64,000 nt of DNA from Desulfobulbaceae bacterium (GCA_019163335.1 JAFLKM010000026.1:26347-90346), one strand, 5' to 3'. Counted from the stretch's first letter, positions 30,887 to 43,420 are shown. Numbers and translations: made by a program. The notes: a model not told the origin generated them from the sequence alone.

Positions 30887-32617
30887 TTATTTCATATGAC
30901 TGGTTTGATGAGGGATCGTTGAATCCTGAAGGACAATTGTTTTGTTCAAGCGATACAGACTCTCTTCCTTTTCGGATAAAAAAACAACTACTCCCTGTGT
31001 ACCACCCAGACTTAAGCCAAGTTCTCGCAGGCAATGACCTGAGAATCGTAGAAAAAATCCGGTCTTAAAGAAATGGTTTCTGCCGCCCTTCTCAAAAAGT
31101 GTTTCAAAAAGCCCCGCAGGATCTGCTGTTGACAGCTGAAAGAGAGCATCCTTCACCGCCTGCGGCTGATCTTCCGCGAGTTCAAGCTGTAAGCAGGATG
31201 GAAGGTAGCGATGCCCGCAACGCAGCCAGTCGTAGCGCATGAACTCCAGAAGCAAAGGACCGTCCGCCCTCTCCGCAACGAACTGCTGGAGCAGTTGCCC
31301 CAGAAATTCCTGGGTGGGAGCCAAGGAAAAGAAATTCCTCTGCTGACAAAGACGGAGCAGACCCTGAAAAAAAACAAACACATCTTCCCCCCGTCTCCTC
31401 AAATAGGCCCACAGCGAGGGAAAATAGCGATTATTGACAAATTTTTCCACACACTCGCAAAACCAGTACAATTCCTGCAGAACGGCATGCCCCATCCACT
31501 GATTGGCCAGCACTGCATAGGGCGGCTGATCACAGCTTACATAGCCCCAACTGTCAGCATCTCGACTGATCGCTGTCCCCGGAAGCAGTTTGAGCAGTCC
31601 CATCTGTAAATAATGGGCGCCGGTACCAAAAAGCTCTGCAAAAGAGCGTCCAAAACTCTCTCTGGTTTCAAAGGGGAGGCCAAGAATCAAATCAGCATGC
31701 AGATGAATGGTATTGAAGGCAACCAGTTTTTTTATATTGTCCAGGGCAGCTACCCGGTCCATTGACCGACTCACAGCCTGCAGGGTTGGCTGGTGGGTGG
31801 ACTGTACCCCGATCTCGAATTGAAACCGGCCAGCCGGGACGCTTTGCAGAAAGGCAAACATCTCTTCTGTAAAACGATCAGGACTGATCTCAAAATGGAA
31901 CAGGGTCTCGACATTCTGCATCATGAGAAACTTCCAGATCGCAAGGGCTCGTGCCGGCTGATCATTAAAGGTGCGATCGACAAAGCGTACTGTGGTCGGC
32001 TTATGGGCAAGGATCTGGGTAATTTCCTGCTCCACCTGGGGCAGCGGCTTGTGATACACCCCCTGTTCCGCTGAAGACAGGCAGTAGGTACAGGAGAAGG
32101 GGCAGCCTCGAGAACTCTCGTAATAAATGTTCCGGTTTTGTAAATGGCTGTTGAAGTCCTCTTCACGATAGGGCGAGACCAGAAGCCGTTTATCCATCCG
32201 TAAGAAGGAGCCGCCATAAAGAGTCTGAAGCCTCTTACTTTCCAGATCCCGGTAAAAAGTGGCGCTGAGCGCCTCCATATCTCCACTGACCACGGTACAT
32301 GGGACGGCCAGATGCTGGCCAATCACCACGGCCTGGGGGCCGCCCACCACCACCTCGCAGTCGGGAAGACATTGTTTCAAATCCAGAATCAGCTGCTCCA
32401 CCCGCTCAGAATTCCATACCGCTGCCGAGAAAAAGATATAATCAGGCTTCCCGTAACTGAGCCGAAGAAGGGTTTCATAATACGAGTCATTGATGGTTAA
32501 CTGACAGAGCTCCGTCTCTACCCCCGGACAGTTTATTTCCAGCTCGTTGCGAACATGAAAAAGGGCCAAACAGGAATGGGTAAACCGGGCATTCAGGGCG
32601 ACAATCTTAATCTGCAT
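30887..32617 (-). CDS. B12-binding radical SAM protein (DUF4080-type C-terminus)
   Basis: N-terminal cobalamin-binding-like domain (VVGGPQ), YYESSRGCPFSCTYCLS, FVDRTFN, HADLILGLP, PPY.VL. Confidence 0.9.
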   Translation of the reverse strand: MQIKIVALNARFTHSCLALFHVRNELEINCPGVETELCQLTINDSYYETLLRLSYGKPDYIFFSAAVWNSERVEQLILDLKQCLPDCEVVVGGPQAVVIGQHLAVPCTVVSGDMEALSATFYRDLESKRLQTLYGGSFLRMDKRLLVSPYREEDFNSHLQNRNIYYESSRGCPFSCTYCLSSAEQGVYHKPLPQVEQEITQILAHKPTTVRFVDRTFNDQPARALAIWKFLMMQNVETLFHFEISPDRFTEEMFAFLQSVPAGRFQFEIGVQSTHQPTLQAVSRSMDRVAALDNIKKLVAFNTIHLHADLILGLPFETRESFGRSFAELFGTGAHYLQMGLLKLLPGTAISRDADSWGYVSCDQPPYAVLANQWMGHAVLQELYWFCECVEKFVNNRYFPSLWAYLRRRGEDVFVFFQGLLRLCQQRNFFSLAPTQEFLGQLLQQFVAERADGPLLLEFMRYDWLRCGHRYLPSCLQLELAEDQPQAVKDALFQLSTADPAGLFETLFEKGGRNHFFKTGFFLRFSGHCLRELGLSLGGTQGVVVFLSEKEESLYRLNKTIVLQDSTIPHQTSHMK

Positions 32618-33271
32618 GATACGTTATCTTGAAAGTTGAGGGTTGTTTCAACACTATGGTAAAATATACGAAAACAATTGACTCCTTGAAAATGGCCCAC
32701 TGCGCCAAAAAGTCGTTCAGAAAACAGTCTTGCTCCTGGCATCACCCACCGCAACGGTGCATTTCTCTTAAGCTACCTGAAGTTACAAAGAGTGTTGGTG
32801 GACACCCAAAATAATCTGAAGAATTCAGGACTCCACTGCAGGCGGCAAGAAAATTACTGGTTAGGTGAGTGTCTGCGGGCAGTCTCAATTCCAAAAAATA
32901 ACCCAACTGCAATTGAGCAACCAGCGGATTTCTCGTTATTAACAGAGCCTACGGGCAAAAGGGCTCAAGTGTCTGCTGAACAGGAAGGAAATGGAAAAGC
33001 AGGATTGGAGCTCAGCGATATCAGCCCATACCGCAAGGCTGATCATGCAGGACTGCAAAAGAAGACATCCTATGGCTATCAAGGACATCCCCACGAGTTC
33101 CACAGTTGGTGAGGAGGAGTACCATCATCGCTCAACGAATGGGAGCTCGACTCAAATTTCGCATCTTGCGAAAAAACAAGCAGCAAACAGGAGAAGTGAA
33201 GGAGATGGAAACAAAACTCTTAAATCCGGGGAGCAGCAAACCACGCCCTTAATCCACTCCCTCTACCAAAG

Positions 33272-33451
33272 TTATTTTTGACAATCAGAATACCAGCAAC
33301 ACCCGGTCTGAGGGCAGTCAATAATCCCTGTCTGGAAACAGGGGGTATTCTTTTCCTCGATCTGGATAGCCCTGATCAGATCAAGTTTTACCATCTTGGT
33401 GCCGTTAATCCCCATATCCTTAGCCTTTTTTCTAATCTCTTTTACAAGCAT
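33272..33451 (-). CDS. 59-aa SAP/Rho-N-like small protein with a Cys-rich tail (below the ORF-track cutoff)
   Basis: AAGGAGG RBS then MLVKEIRKKAKDMGINGTKMVKLDLIRAIQIEEKNTPCFQTGIIDCPQTGCCWYSDCQK*. Confidence 0.85.
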   Translation of the reverse strand: MLVKEIRKKAKDMGINGTKMVKLDLIRAIQIEEKNTPCFQTGIIDCPQTGCCWYSDCQK

Positions 33452-33482
33452 GTGGAAATCCTCCTTACTAAAATCATCTTTA

Positions 33483-33575
33483 TCTTTTTAGTGCCTTACA
33501 GCTCAACTTCTTGTTCTTTTTTAAAAGAAGTTGAGCTGCAAAAGGCACTTATCCCGTTCATCGGGGTTAGCCCTA
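33483..33575 (-). repeat. Two-hairpin interspersed repeat, copy C
   Basis: Minus: ctaaCCCCGATGAACGGGataAGTGCCTTttGCAGCTCAACTTCTT...AAGAAGTTGAGCTGTAAGGCACTaaaaaga. Confidence 0.85.
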
Positions 33576-33650
33576 ACCAGTGAGCAAGCTGCTTTATATA
33601 ACTATTCACCAGGCCGTCAAAAAAGTCAAATACGCATAAATACTTTTCCC

Positions 33651-34058
33651 CTATCCATGATTCGGAACTATTTCACTCAATTTTCTCCCCCTGATCCCGG
33701 GACACTCTCTGGCGACCTGCTCGGGATGGATTTTGAAATAGTCCCAGAACGGATATGTCTGACATCCAGAGGGACGTAACGCATAGATAGAGCATTTTTT
33801 TTCTATGCCGTCAAAAAAAATACACTCAAACGCCTCGGCGACCATTCGTTCTTGAAAAGAAAATCTATTTCCCACCCGACGGAGATATTTCGCTGCAAAA
33901 TCCACAAAATTCATTTTTAAAAACAAACAAATAAGTTCTACCTCTTGGGGGCTCACCCACACATTCCCAGAATTCCCACAGCAACAAAAACCTGCGCAAG
34001 CTTCACATGCACTGGGATCAAAAACAAAATCAAACCCATCTTTCTGAACAGTATCCAT
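33651..34058 (-). CDS. YkgJ family cysteine-cluster protein
   Basis: CEACAGFCC, CIFFD...CSIYALRPSGCQTYPFW, ECPGI. Confidence 0.9.
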   Translation of the reverse strand: MDTVQKDGFDFVFDPSACEACAGFCCCGNSGNVWVSPQEVELICLFLKMNFVDFAAKYLRRVGNRFSFQERMVAEAFECIFFDGIEKKCSIYALRPSGCQTYPFWDYFKIHPEQVARECPGIRGRKLSEIVPNHG

Positions 34059-34244
34059 TTTTTATTTTCTTGCAGCAGTAAATTCGATTCAACTTTCTGT
34101 TCCTGTACCTTCACACTGAAAAGCACATGCAGAATGAGCCATTTTAAAGTATATTTACAAAAAATGAGAGAAAACTCTCAATATAACCAGTGTCGTATCT
34201 TCTACTTATTTTTAACGCCTTGCAACAAAGGAACCTGCAGACAA

Positions 34245-34931
34245 ATGCGTAACATCCAAAAACAGAAGCATCTATCCACTTGCCCAAGCCACTCCCCACT
34301 GCTCCATCTTGTTGTTCTTCTCCTGATCTTGCTTGCGGCACCGAAAACCACGTCAGCTATGGACACGTACTCAATCACCAGCGATTCAGAGGTTCCGGTG
34401 AGAAGCGGTCAGGGAACTGAATACAGGACAGTAGCCCTTCTTAAAAATGGAGATCTGATTTCCTCACTGGAGGAGGTGGGTTACTGGGTCAAAATACGCA
34501 CCGCGACAGGCAAGGAGGGGTGGGTATTAAAACGATACCTGAGCACTACCACTACTCCTTCCACGGGCGACACTGTCGCCCTTCCAGTTGAGAACAATCA
34601 GGCGAATAAACCACTGAAAATCACCCCACCACCCTTAACTGACCCCCTGCAACACTCCTCACAGTCCGCTTCCAGTGAGATCCCTGCAGAAAAATTACAA
34701 AGCTCCCCTTCGGCAAATCCTGTCTCTCATATTAATCCGACGCAAGGAGAACGGGAGAAAGAACTCACGGAATTAAGAAACACCCTGGCGGCATTAACAC
34801 AAGAGAACCAGGAATTAAAAGACCACGAAAAGATCATATGGTTCTTGGCTGGGGGCGGGGTTTTTCTTGTCGGCTGGCTTCTTGGACTCATCAGCGGTAA
34901 AGCCCGAAAAAGAAAACCTTCACTCTTGTAA
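34245..34931 (+). CDS. Exported SH3-domain protein with coiled coil and C-terminal TM anchor (YgiM-like)
   Basis: Signal-like hydrophobic stretch, VPVRSGQGTEYR..WVKIRT..GKEGWV..RYL, WFLAGGGVFLVGWLLG followed by a basic tail. Confidence 0.85.
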   Translation: MRNIQKQKHLSTCPSHSPLLHLVVLLLILLAAPKTTSAMDTYSITSDSEVPVRSGQGTEYRTVALLKNGDLISSLEEVGYWVKIRTATGKEGWVLKRYLSTTTTPSTGDTVALPVENNQANKPLKITPPPLTDPLQHSSQSASSEIPAEKLQSSPSANPVSHINPTQGEREKELTELRNTLAALTQENQELKDHEKIIWFLAGGGVFLVGWLLGLISGKARKRKPSLL

Positions 34932-35084
34932 CGTCCTGCTCTCGCAGTCAACCAGGCGATAAAAAAAGAAAAGAACAGGTAAACTGCATGAAGAGAGAGA
35001 TATAAGGACGAGAGCGTAAAAGCCCTCAGGGGGGAGCTGAAGAAAATAATGGGACGTTGTGAGAGTATATAGCTTTCGGTTGGA

Positions 35085-35894
35085 TTAGATCGCGGCAATA
35101 GCCTCGCTTATCTCAATAGCCTGTCTGCTTGCAGCAACATCATGTACCCGGACAATAGAAACCCCATGTTCCACCGCCAGAGCTGAGACAACAGCCGTTC
35201 CAAGATCGCGTTCGAAAACAGGTTTACCGGTAATATCACCCAGAAATCCTTTGCGGGAGTGACCAAGAAGAAGGGGGCGCCCCAAGACAGAAAACGCAGA
35301 CAGATTCTTGAGGATAGACAGGTTATGGTGAAGACTTTTGCCAAAGCCAATCCCGGGATCAAGGATTATGCGTTCACTATTTACCCCTCGCTCACTCAAC
35401 CAACTAAGCCGTTCACGAAAAAAATCAAGAATCTCTCCGACCACATCCTGATATCGTGGTTCAACCTGCATATTTTCGGGCGCTCCCTGCATATGCATGA
35501 TAACAACTGGCACCTCTGTCCTCCGAACCAGGTCAACCATGGCAGAATCATGGCGTAATGCAGAGATATCATTGATCATATCAGCGCCAGCCAGCAAGGC
35601 TTGACGTGCGACTTCGGCCTTTCTGGTATCAATCGAAATCGGCAGAGTATATTTCTTCCGAATGGCCAGAATCGCAGGCACTACTCTATGCAGTTCCTCT
35701 TCTTCAGAAACAGCTTGGGCAAAAGGACGAGTAGACTCACCACCTACATCAAGGAGATCGGCACCAGCCGCCACCAGGATATCTGCCTGGGCCACTGCCC
35801 TTTCCACCCCAAAACATTGACCACCATCTGAAAAAGAATCAGGGGTTGTATTGATGATCCCCATGATTCTGGTCGCCGTTTCTCCTCGAACCAC
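35085..35894 (-). CDS. folP: Dihydropteroate synthase
   Basis: IMGIINTTPDSFSDGG, DVGGESTRP, SIDT, INDIS, MHMQG, LDPGIGFGK, GHSRK, VRVHDV. Confidence 0.98.
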   Translation of the reverse strand: MVRGETATRIMGIINTTPDSFSDGGQCFGVERAVAQADILVAAGADLLDVGGESTRPFAQAVSEEEELHRVVPAILAIRKKYTLPISIDTRKAEVARQALLAGADMINDISALRHDSAMVDLVRRTEVPVVIMHMQGAPENMQVEPRYQDVVGEILDFFRERLSWLSERGVNSERIILDPGIGFGKSLHHNLSILKNLSAFSVLGRPLLLGHSRKGFLGDITGKPVFERDLGTAVVSALAVEHGVSIVRVHDVAASRQAIEISEAIAAI

Positions 35895-35899
35895 CTGAA

Positions 35900-37921
35900 T
35901 TATTCCTTTCCTGGCACCACAGCTGGAGATTCTATCGAAGCGGTGGTTTCCCTTGCAACTTCCTTGCTCATTGTTTCTTCAGAAGAAGCAGATCTTTGAT
36001 CACCTGTCGCCCCATCCCCTTTCTCCAGCGACACAGAAGCATCCGTTCCCTGAGGCGTTAGGTCTTTTTTTGTCAACCGTACCACCTTGGCTCCCTGCAC
36101 CACCACAGGGTCGTATTGTCCAGGACGTAATTCAGCAAGAATTCTCTCTATATCCTCAAGGACGATCGTCTCTTTTTCCAGTAACTCGGCGGCCATTCGG
36201 GTCAAGACATCCGTATGTTCCGTCAAGAGGTTTGTCGTCTGCACAGTGGCCTCTGTGATAATATGCTTCACTGCTGCATCAATCTTACGGGCAGTGTCCT
36301 CACTGAAGTCCCGGTGTTGAGCAATCTCCCGGCCAAGAAAAATCTGCTCTTCTTTTTTGCCATAGGTCAACGGCCCCAGCTCTTCACTCATTCCCCACTC
36401 ACAGACCATTTTCCGGGCCATGTCGGTTGCCCGCTGCAAATCGTTGCCGGCTCCCGTGGTAATCTCATTAAATATGAGCTTTTCAGCAATCCGGCCACCA
36501 AAAAGGATACAAAGCGTATGTTCAAGAAAAGTGCGGGAATGGGTATACCGCTCTTCCGTTGGCAACTGCATGGTCAAGCCAAGGGCCCGACCTCGAGGGA
36601 TAATGGTCACTTTATGAATAGGGTCGGTATCGGGCAGCAAGCGGGCAACCAAGGCATGACCAGCTTCATGGTAGGCTGTTACTTCTTTTTCCTTGTCGGT
36701 AATAACCATGGATCGGCGCTCGGCACCCATGAGAATCTTGTCCTTGGCTCGATCCAACATATCCCTGGTTATTTTCTTGGCGTCTTCCCGTGCGGCCATG
36801 AGTGCCGCCTCATTGATCAAATTTTCCAGATCAGCGCCTGAAAAACCGGGAGTACCGCGAGCAATGATGGCCATATCCACATTTTCATCCATGCTCTTTG
36901 TTTTATTGCCATAAATCTCGAGGATTTGCTGCCTCCCCTTCACATCCGGAACCGGCACCACCACCTGACGATCAAAACGACCAGGTCGCAGTAAGGCAGG
37001 ATCAAGGACATCAGGCCGATTTGTGGCTGCCACAATGATGACACCCTCATTTTTATCAAATCCATCCATCTCCACAAGCAACTGGTTCAAGGTCTGCTCA
37101 CGCTCATCATGGCCGCCGCCTAAGCCCGCACCCCGATGCCGCCCCACCGCATCGATCTCATCAATGAAGATGATGCAGGGTGCATTCTTCTTTCCTTGCT
37201 CAAAGAGATCCCGCACCCGAGAAGCCCCGACTCCGACAAACATCTCTACGAAATCAGAGCCGGAGATGGTAAAAAACGGCACATCCGCCTCACCGGCAAT
37301 GGCCTTGGCCAGAAGGGTCTTCCCGGTACCGGGGGCACCGGCAAGGAGTACCCCTTTGGGGATGCGACCGCCAAGCTTGGTAAACTTCTGGGGATCACGA
37401 AGAAAATCAATGATCTCCTCCAGCTCCTCTTTGGCCTCATCGATACCGGCAACATCGGCAAATGTCACCTTGTTGTCGCTCTTTTCCTTGAGCTTGGCTC
37501 TGGTCTTGCCAAATGACATCGCCCCGCCTTTTCCGCCCATCTGCATCTGGCGCATAAAAAAGACCCAAACCCCGATGAGCAGGAGCATAGGAAACCAGGA
37601 AACAAATATGGTCATCATCCAGGAATCTTTATGGGCCTCCTTGACCGCTATATCCACTCCGTTTTTTCGCAAACTGGAGATCAACTCAGTATCGCTGGGG
37701 GGATAAATGGTTTTGAAGGGCTTTCCATCCTGCATTACGCCCGTTATCGTATCGCCATCCATACTTACCTTGTTGATGGCCTTGTTCTGCACCTGCGCCA
37801 GAAAATCACTGTAGGTCAGTGCATTCGTGTTGGTTTGGGGCTTGTTGAAAAGATTGAAAAGCAGGATCATGGTTAAACCAATCACCAGCCACATGGATAA
37901 ATTTTTATAAAAAGTATTCAA
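35900..37921 (-). CDS. ftsH: ATP-dependent zinc metalloprotease FtsH
   Basis: Two TMs, [32 protein letters not shown]. Confidence 0.98.
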   Translation of the reverse strand: MNTFYKNLSMWLVIGLTMILLFNLFNKPQTNTNALTYSDFLAQVQNKAINKVSMDGDTITGVMQDGKPFKTIYPPSDTELISSLRKNGVDIAVKEAHKDSWMMTIFVSWFPMLLLIGVWVFFMRQMQMGGKGGAMSFGKTRAKLKEKSDNKVTFADVAGIDEAKEELEEIIDFLRDPQKFTKLGGRIPKGVLLAGAPGTGKTLLAKAIAGEADVPFFTISGSDFVEMFVGVGASRVRDLFEQGKKNAPCIIFIDEIDAVGRHRGAGLGGGHDEREQTLNQLLVEMDGFDKNEGVIIVAATNRPDVLDPALLRPGRFDRQVVVPVPDVKGRQQILEIYGNKTKSMDENVDMAIIARGTPGFSGADLENLINEAALMAAREDAKKITRDMLDRAKDKILMGAERRSMVITDKEKEVTAYHEAGHALVARLLPDTDPIHKVTIIPRGRALGLTMQLPTEERYTHSRTFLEHTLCILFGGRIAEKLIFNEITTGAGNDLQRATDMARKMVCEWGMSEELGPLTYGKKEEQIFLGREIAQHRDFSEDTARKIDAAVKHIITEATVQTTNLLTEHTDVLTRMAAELLEKETIVLEDIERILAELRPGQYDPVVVQGAKVVRLTKKDLTPQGTDASVSLEKGDGATGDQRSASSEETMSKEVARETTASIESPAVVPGKE

Positions 37922-38386
37922 CGAACCCTCCGATGGCTCCTGATTTTTTCTAAATAAACATCTCTTTGCATGTTATTCCTGGACAGCACTGAGTTCTCCT
38001 CCATGATGCCTCAAACACTTATTTTCCAGCCCTTCCGCATTTAACTTAAATTTACTCACAAATAAATTTCAGTAATTCCAAGTACAAGGCAGAGAGGACA
38101 AGAAACAAACAAGGGGAAAAGGTACTTTTTGTAAGATTTGCCTTCGCATCTGTCTGAACCTACTGTAAGGCCGAACATGATATTGTCGAGATACAGGCAA
38201 CCTTTTTCCTCTTTCTCATTTATACGTCGCCAGACACCCAATCTGTGCCATGTCCGAATTCTGTCCTTTCAAGACATATATGACAAAACAGCGACAAACA
38301 GCTACGCTGGCTTATCCAAAAGGTCCATAATTCGTGTTCCAAAAAACAACTTTCACTCTTCACCCTTTCCTTGCGGGGAGGAGGAT

Positions 38387-41300
38387 TTATGTGAAATGCT
38401 GAATAGGCTTAACTCCCAAGGCATTCTCTCGCAAGGCCTGCATAGCCATAACCACCGAAACAGCGCCGCTGACTGTGGTTGTATAGGGAATGCGCAACTC
38501 CAGGGCCGCCCGCCGTATCAAATATGAATCCTCGGTGGTACGTCTTCCAAGGGACGTGTTCACCACCCAGGCTACCTGGTGATCGCGAAGTTTATCCAGG
38601 ATATGCGGGCGACCTTCAGCGATTTTGTTCACATGATCGCAGACAACACCGTGCTGTCGCAGGTAGTCTGCTGTCCCCTTGGTAGCCAGAAGCGTATAAC
38701 TCATCGCCACAAGATTTTTTGCAGCCTCAACTATGCCCTTCTTGTCACCATCGCGCACACTGATGAAAACGGTGCCTGAAACCGGCAAGGTGACTCCTGC
38801 AGCCAGCTGTGCCTTGGCAACGGCAAGGCCCAGATTGGCATCAATCCCCATAACTTCGCCCGTAGATTTCATTTCAGGGCCAAGCAGAGTATCCACATTC
38901 TTGAAGCGATCAAAGGGAAAAACCGCCTCCTTCACCGCCCAGTGCTTGATCACCACTTCGGTGGTCAGCCCTAATTCGGCCAGGGTCATACCCATCATTA
39001 CCTTGGTGGCCAATTTGGCCAGGGGAACACCGGTAGCCTTACTGACAAAGGGAACCGTCCGCGAGGCCCGGGGATTCACCTCCAGAATATACAGCTCTTC
39101 ATCTTTCACCGCATACTGGACGTTCATCAGGCCGATAACCCCAAGCTCTTCAGCCATGGCACGGGTGGCCTGTTTAATCTCTTCAATCAGTCCGGCGGAA
39201 AGGGTATCCGGCGGCAGAACACAGGAGGAATCACCAGAGTGGATCCCAGCCTCCTCAATATGCTCCATGATCCCGCCGATGATCGTTTTCTGGCCGTCAC
39301 AAATGGCATCCACATCCACTTCAATGGCATCCTCAAGAAACTTATCAATGAGAACCGGGTGTTTATTCTCTGCCATCCCCGGCTTGGCCATGAACTCACG
39401 AATTCCCCGTTCACTATAGACTATCCGCATATCCCGTCCACCCAGAACATATGATGGCCGAACCACCACGGGGTAGCCAATCTGCTCCGCTACTGCAAGG
39501 GCCTCTTCCAGGGTAAAGACCGTATCATTCTTGGGCTGACGTAATTGCAATTTTTGCAGAAATTGCTGAAAACGCTTGCGGTCCTCCGCCCGATCGATGG
39601 AATCCGGCGGTGTTCCAATAATGGGCACCCCAGCCTCTGCAAGGGCTACGGCCAGATTCAACGGAGTCTGCCCGCCAAACTGAACAATCACCCCATCAGG
39701 TCTTTCCAGATCAATAATGTTCAGCACATCTTCCAGGGTCAAAGGCTCAAAATAGAGTTTATCCGAGGTATCATAGTCGGTGGAAACGGTCTCGGGATTG
39801 GAATTGACCATGATCGACTCAACCCCTATCTCTTTTAAGGCAAAAGCAGCATGCACACAACAGTAATCAAATTCAATGCCCTGCCCGATCCGGTTAGGGC
39901 CGCCGCCCAGGATCATGACCTTTTTCCGCTCCGATCTGACCGCCTCATTTTCCTGTTCATAGGTGGAATAATAATAGGGGGTGTAAGACTCAAACTCGGC
40001 GGCACAGGTATCCACCAGCTTATATACCGGCACGATGCCAATTTGCTTACGGAGGCTGCGGACCTCATCCCGGGAACTTCCGGTGAGATAGGCAAGCTGA
40101 GTATCTGAGAAGCCATTCTGTTTACATTTTTTCAAAAAATCATAGCCTAACCCCGACAATCCGCTCGCACCAACCCTTCGTATTTCCTGTTCCATGGCCA
40201 CTATCTGCTCGAGATTGCGCAAAAACCATGGATCTATCCGGGTCATCTCGTAAATATTTTCGATGGATAATCCTCGCCGAAGCGCTTCATGCAAGAAGGA
40301 AAGACGCTTAGAGCTGGGAATCCGCAGGCCCGATTCCAGTTCAAAGAGTTCAAGATGTTCAAGCTGTTCCTTCCCATCCCCCCCAAACCCGGCTCGTCCT
40401 GTCTCCAAGGAGCGCATGGCCTTCTGAAAAGCCTCTTTGAAAGTCCGGCCAATGGCCATGGTCTCACCCACGGACTTCATCGCAGTGGTCAGAACATCCT
40501 CGGCTTCGGGAAATTTTTCAAAGGTAAAACGAGGGATTTTGACTACACAATAATCAATGGTCGGCTCAAACGACGCATAGGTCTCACGGGTGATGTCGTT
40601 CTTGATCTCATCAAGGGTAAAGCCCACGGCCAGCTTGGCGGCAATCTTGGCTATGGGAAAACCGGTGGCCTTCGATGCCAGGGCCGAACTGCGGGAAACC
40701 CGGGGGTTCATCTCAATCACCATCAACTCGCCATCTTCGGGATTGACCGCAAATTGCACGTTGGATCCGCCAGTCTCCACCCCGATTTCCCGGATGATGG
40801 CAATGGCCGCATCCCGCATCTCCTGATACTCGCGATCGGTCAAGGTCTGCGCCGGCGCTACGGTAATGGAGTCACCAGTATGCACACCCATGGCGTCCAT
40901 GTTCTCGATGGAGCAGATGATGACGACATTATCTTTACAATCACGCATCACCTCCAGCTCAAACTCCTTCCAGCCAAGCAGACTGCGTTCAACCATGATC
41001 TCGGTGGTCATGGACAGATCGAGTCCACACACTGACAGAGCCTCCAACTCCTGACGATTATAGGCGACGCCGCCACCGGTTCCGCCAAGGGTGAAACTGG
41101 GGCGGACAATGACCGGAAAGCCAATGGAATCACCAGCCGCCATGGCATCCTCAAGGGTATGAACGATCTCGGATTCGGGGACCTTAAGGCCAATGGCCTG
41201 CATAGCCGCCCGGAATTCTTCCCGTCCTTCCGCCTTCCTGATAACCTCAATCTTCGCTGCCAGCATCTCGACCTTATATTTATCAAGGACTCCAGACTCA

Positions 41301-41608
41301 GCAAGCTTAATGGCGGTATTCAGTGCGGTCTGCCCACCGAGTGTCGGCAACAACGCATCAGGCCGTTCTTTTTCAATGACCTTGGCCACAATCTCCGGAG
41401 TGATGGGCTCAATATAGGTGCGGTCGGCAAGCTCGGGATCGGTCATGATGGTCGCCGGATTAGAGTTAATGAGAACAACCTCATACCCCTCTTCCTTCAG
41501 CGCCTTGACGGCCTGGGCACCGGAATAGTCAAACTCGCAGGCCTGACTGATAATAATCGGGCCGGAGCCAATGATCAGAATCTTATGGATATCGGTTCTT
41601 TTTGGCAT
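38387..41608 (-). CDS. carB: Carbamoyl-phosphate synthase large subunit
   Basis: [57 protein letters not shown] domain. Confidence 0.99.
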   Translation of the reverse strand: MPKRTDIHKILIIGSGPIIISQACEFDYSGAQAVKALKEEGYEVVLINSNPATIMTDPELADRTYIEPITPEIVAKVIEKERPDALLPTLGGQTALNTAIKLAESGVLDKYKVEMLAAKIEVIRKAEGREEFRAAMQAIGLKVPESEIVHTLEDAMAAGDSIGFPVIVRPSFTLGGTGGGVAYNRQELEALSVCGLDLSMTTEIMVERSLLGWKEFELEVMRDCKDNVVIICSIENMDAMGVHTGDSITVAPAQTLTDREYQEMRDAAIAIIREIGVETGGSNVQFAVNPEDGELMVIEMNPRVSRSSALASKATGFPIAKIAAKLAVGFTLDEIKNDITRETYASFEPTIDYCVVKIPRFTFEKFPEAEDVLTTAMKSVGETMAIGRTFKEAFQKAMRSLETGRAGFGGDGKEQLEHLELFELESGLRIPSSKRLSFLHEALRRGLSIENIYEMTRIDPWFLRNLEQIVAMEQEIRRVGASGLSGLGYDFLKKCKQNGFSDTQLAYLTGSSRDEVRSLRKQIGIVPVYKLVDTCAAEFESYTPYYYSTYEQENEAVRSERKKVMILGGGPNRIGQGIEFDYCCVHAAFALKEIGVESIMVNSNPETVSTDYDTSDKLYFEPLTLEDVLNIIDLERPDGVIVQFGGQTPLNLAVALAEAGVPIIGTPPDSIDRAEDRKRFQQFLQKLQLRQPKNDTVFTLEEALAVAEQIGYPVVVRPSYVLGGRDMRIVYSERGIREFMAKPGMAENKHPVLIDKFLEDAIEVDVDAICDGQKTIIGGIMEHIEEAGIHSGDSSCVLPPDTLSAGLIEEIKQATRAMAEELGVIGLMNVQYAVKDEELYILEVNPRASRTVPFVSKATGVPLAKLATKVMMGMTLAELGLTTEVVIKHWAVKEAVFPFDRFKNVDTLLGPEMKSTGEVMGIDANLGLAVAKAQLAAGVTLPVSGTVFISVRDGDKKGIVEAAKNLVAMSYTLLATKGTADYLRQHGVVCDHVNKIAEGRPHILDKLRDHQVAWVVNTSLGRRTTEDSYLIRRAALELRIPYTTTVSGAVSVVMAMQALRENALGVKPIQHFT

Positions 41609-41789
41609 GGAATATTCGAAAAAGTTAATTTGAGAAATCTATAACTGAGCTAAAAAGATTGGAGCACAGATGTAAGGAGTTTTGCAAAACTCACGTGATC
41701 AATGGATGGCGGCAACAATACGGTCTATTGCCATATCAGAAAAACAAAAGACCTCAGCATATTATACGTTCGGCAATACGATCAGCAGT

Positions 41790-42920
41790 TCAGGATTTTT
41801 CACTCCGCATCATCTCAATAAAGCGATCAAAAAGATACAATGAATCATGGGGGCCTGGAGCATGCTCAGGATGATACTGAACAGAAAAGGCAGGATAAAG
41901 ACGGTGACGCATCCCCTCCAGACTGCCGTCATTAAGATTGATATGGGTCGTCTCAACGACATCTTTATCCAGACTGTCAGGGTCAACAGTAAAACCATGA
42001 TTCTGTGAGGTAATCTCCACGTGCCCAGTCACCAGATCCTTGACCGGTTGATTACCACCACGATGACCGAATTTCAGTTTGTAGGTGGAACCGCCGTAGG
42101 CAAGTCCAAGTATCTGATGTCCAAGACAGATGCCAAAGATAACCGTTTTGCCGAGTAACCCTCGCACTGTCTCCACAACTCCCTGCACACCGGCAGGATC
42201 GCCAGGTCCATTGGAGAGGAAAACCCCATCCGGCTGCATGGCAAGGATAGTCGCAGCATCAGTTCTCGCCGGCACGACCTGTACCTGGCAGCCCTTTTCG
42301 GTCATAATCCGAAGCTGGTTGTATTTAACCCCGCAATCAAGGGCAACTACCCTGAGCGGATTATCAATGCCCGCCTGAACCGTAGAAAATCCAGTGCCGG
42401 TTACAGGACAGTTATCCGCCCAGCCATAGGGCTGCTCGCAGCTTACATCCTGAACCAGATCCAGGCCGATAAATCCCGCCCAAGCCTTTGCCCGGCCAAC
42501 CAGCGACTCCCGATCAAGATCCTCGGTGGAAACGATAGCCTTCAGGGCCCCCACGGTACGAATGTGACGTACCAGGGCGCGGGTGTCAAACCCCTCTACC
42601 CCAAGCACCTTAAAGTCATCAAGAAACCGGGCAAGGGACTTCTGGGAGCGATAATTGGAGGGCACCGCATTGTATTCCTTCACCAGAAAAGCCCTGGGAT
42701 GCACCGAGGCTGACTCCATATCCTCACTATTCACCCCATAATTACCGATAAGGGGATAGGTCATGGTGACAATCTGGCCAGTATAAGAAGGATCCGTCAG
42801 GATCTCCTGATACCCGCTCATGGAGGTGTTGAAGACCATCTCACCTATGGCCTCACCTCTGCCGGTAAACGACTCACCTTCGAAAATGGTCCCATCTTCC
42901 AGGGCGATTAACGCTTTCAT
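41790..42920 (-). CDS. carA: Carbamoyl-phosphate synthase small subunit
   Basis: VFNTSMSGYQE.LTDPSY, LSNGPGDP, GICLGHQ, SQNHGF, QYHPE. Confidence 0.99.
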   Translation of the reverse strand: MKALIALEDGTIFEGESFTGRGEAIGEMVFNTSMSGYQEILTDPSYTGQIVTMTYPLIGNYGVNSEDMESASVHPRAFLVKEYNAVPSNYRSQKSLARFLDDFKVLGVEGFDTRALVRHIRTVGALKAIVSTEDLDRESLVGRAKAWAGFIGLDLVQDVSCEQPYGWADNCPVTGTGFSTVQAGIDNPLRVVALDCGVKYNQLRIMTEKGCQVQVVPARTDAATILAMQPDGVFLSNGPGDPAGVQGVVETVRGLLGKTVIFGICLGHQILGLAYGGSTYKLKFGHRGGNQPVKDLVTGHVEITSQNHGFTVDPDSLDKDVVETTHINLNDGSLEGMRHRLYPAFSVQYHPEHAPGPHDSLYLFDRFIEMMRSEKS

Positions 42921-43152
42921 ATATTTCTCTGTCCTTATTCACCGGGAAAAAATATTCTAATCCCTGAAAAGCTCCTGACGCTATAACCACTAAAAACATT
43001 TCGGATTTCTAAAAAAAACACAACTCAAATAGACAAAAAACCATAACATTTAACCTAGAAAGCCCCTCCAAGTCAATCAGAATCAAGAGCTGGAAAAGGA
43101 AAGAAACAGATAAAAATCATCCCTGGAAGCACCGAAAACGAATGTTTTCTGA

Positions 43153-43181
43153 TTGACAAGCAGGGGGCATCTGCTTATAAA
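43153..43181 (+). promoter_or_regulatory. sigma70-type promoter upstream of the PPIase gene
   Basis: TTGACA-17 nt-TATAAA. Confidence 0.65.
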
Positions 43182-43420
43182 TTTTCGCTATTCGTTTCAT
43201 ATAAAGCACCAGGGAGCTCCTTTAATTATTTTCACCCACATAAACAAAAGGCTATTGTCGGGCAAGAACGAGCGGGACAACTGACGAATCAGCCTGATCG
43301 CCATGCATTGTCCACCATACCAGATGACACAGCAATACTCCCTGGAGTAACGTAATGCCGCTGTTCATATTTCTTTCCCCATAGCTGTTCTTATCCCAGT
43401 CACAACCAAGAGGAAAAACG

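Noticed and set aside
33945..34244. 100-aa N-terminal extension of the SH3 ORF
   Set aside because: Overlaps the divergent YkgJ gene and AT-rich promoter DNA; ATG 34245 precedes a signal-like segment.
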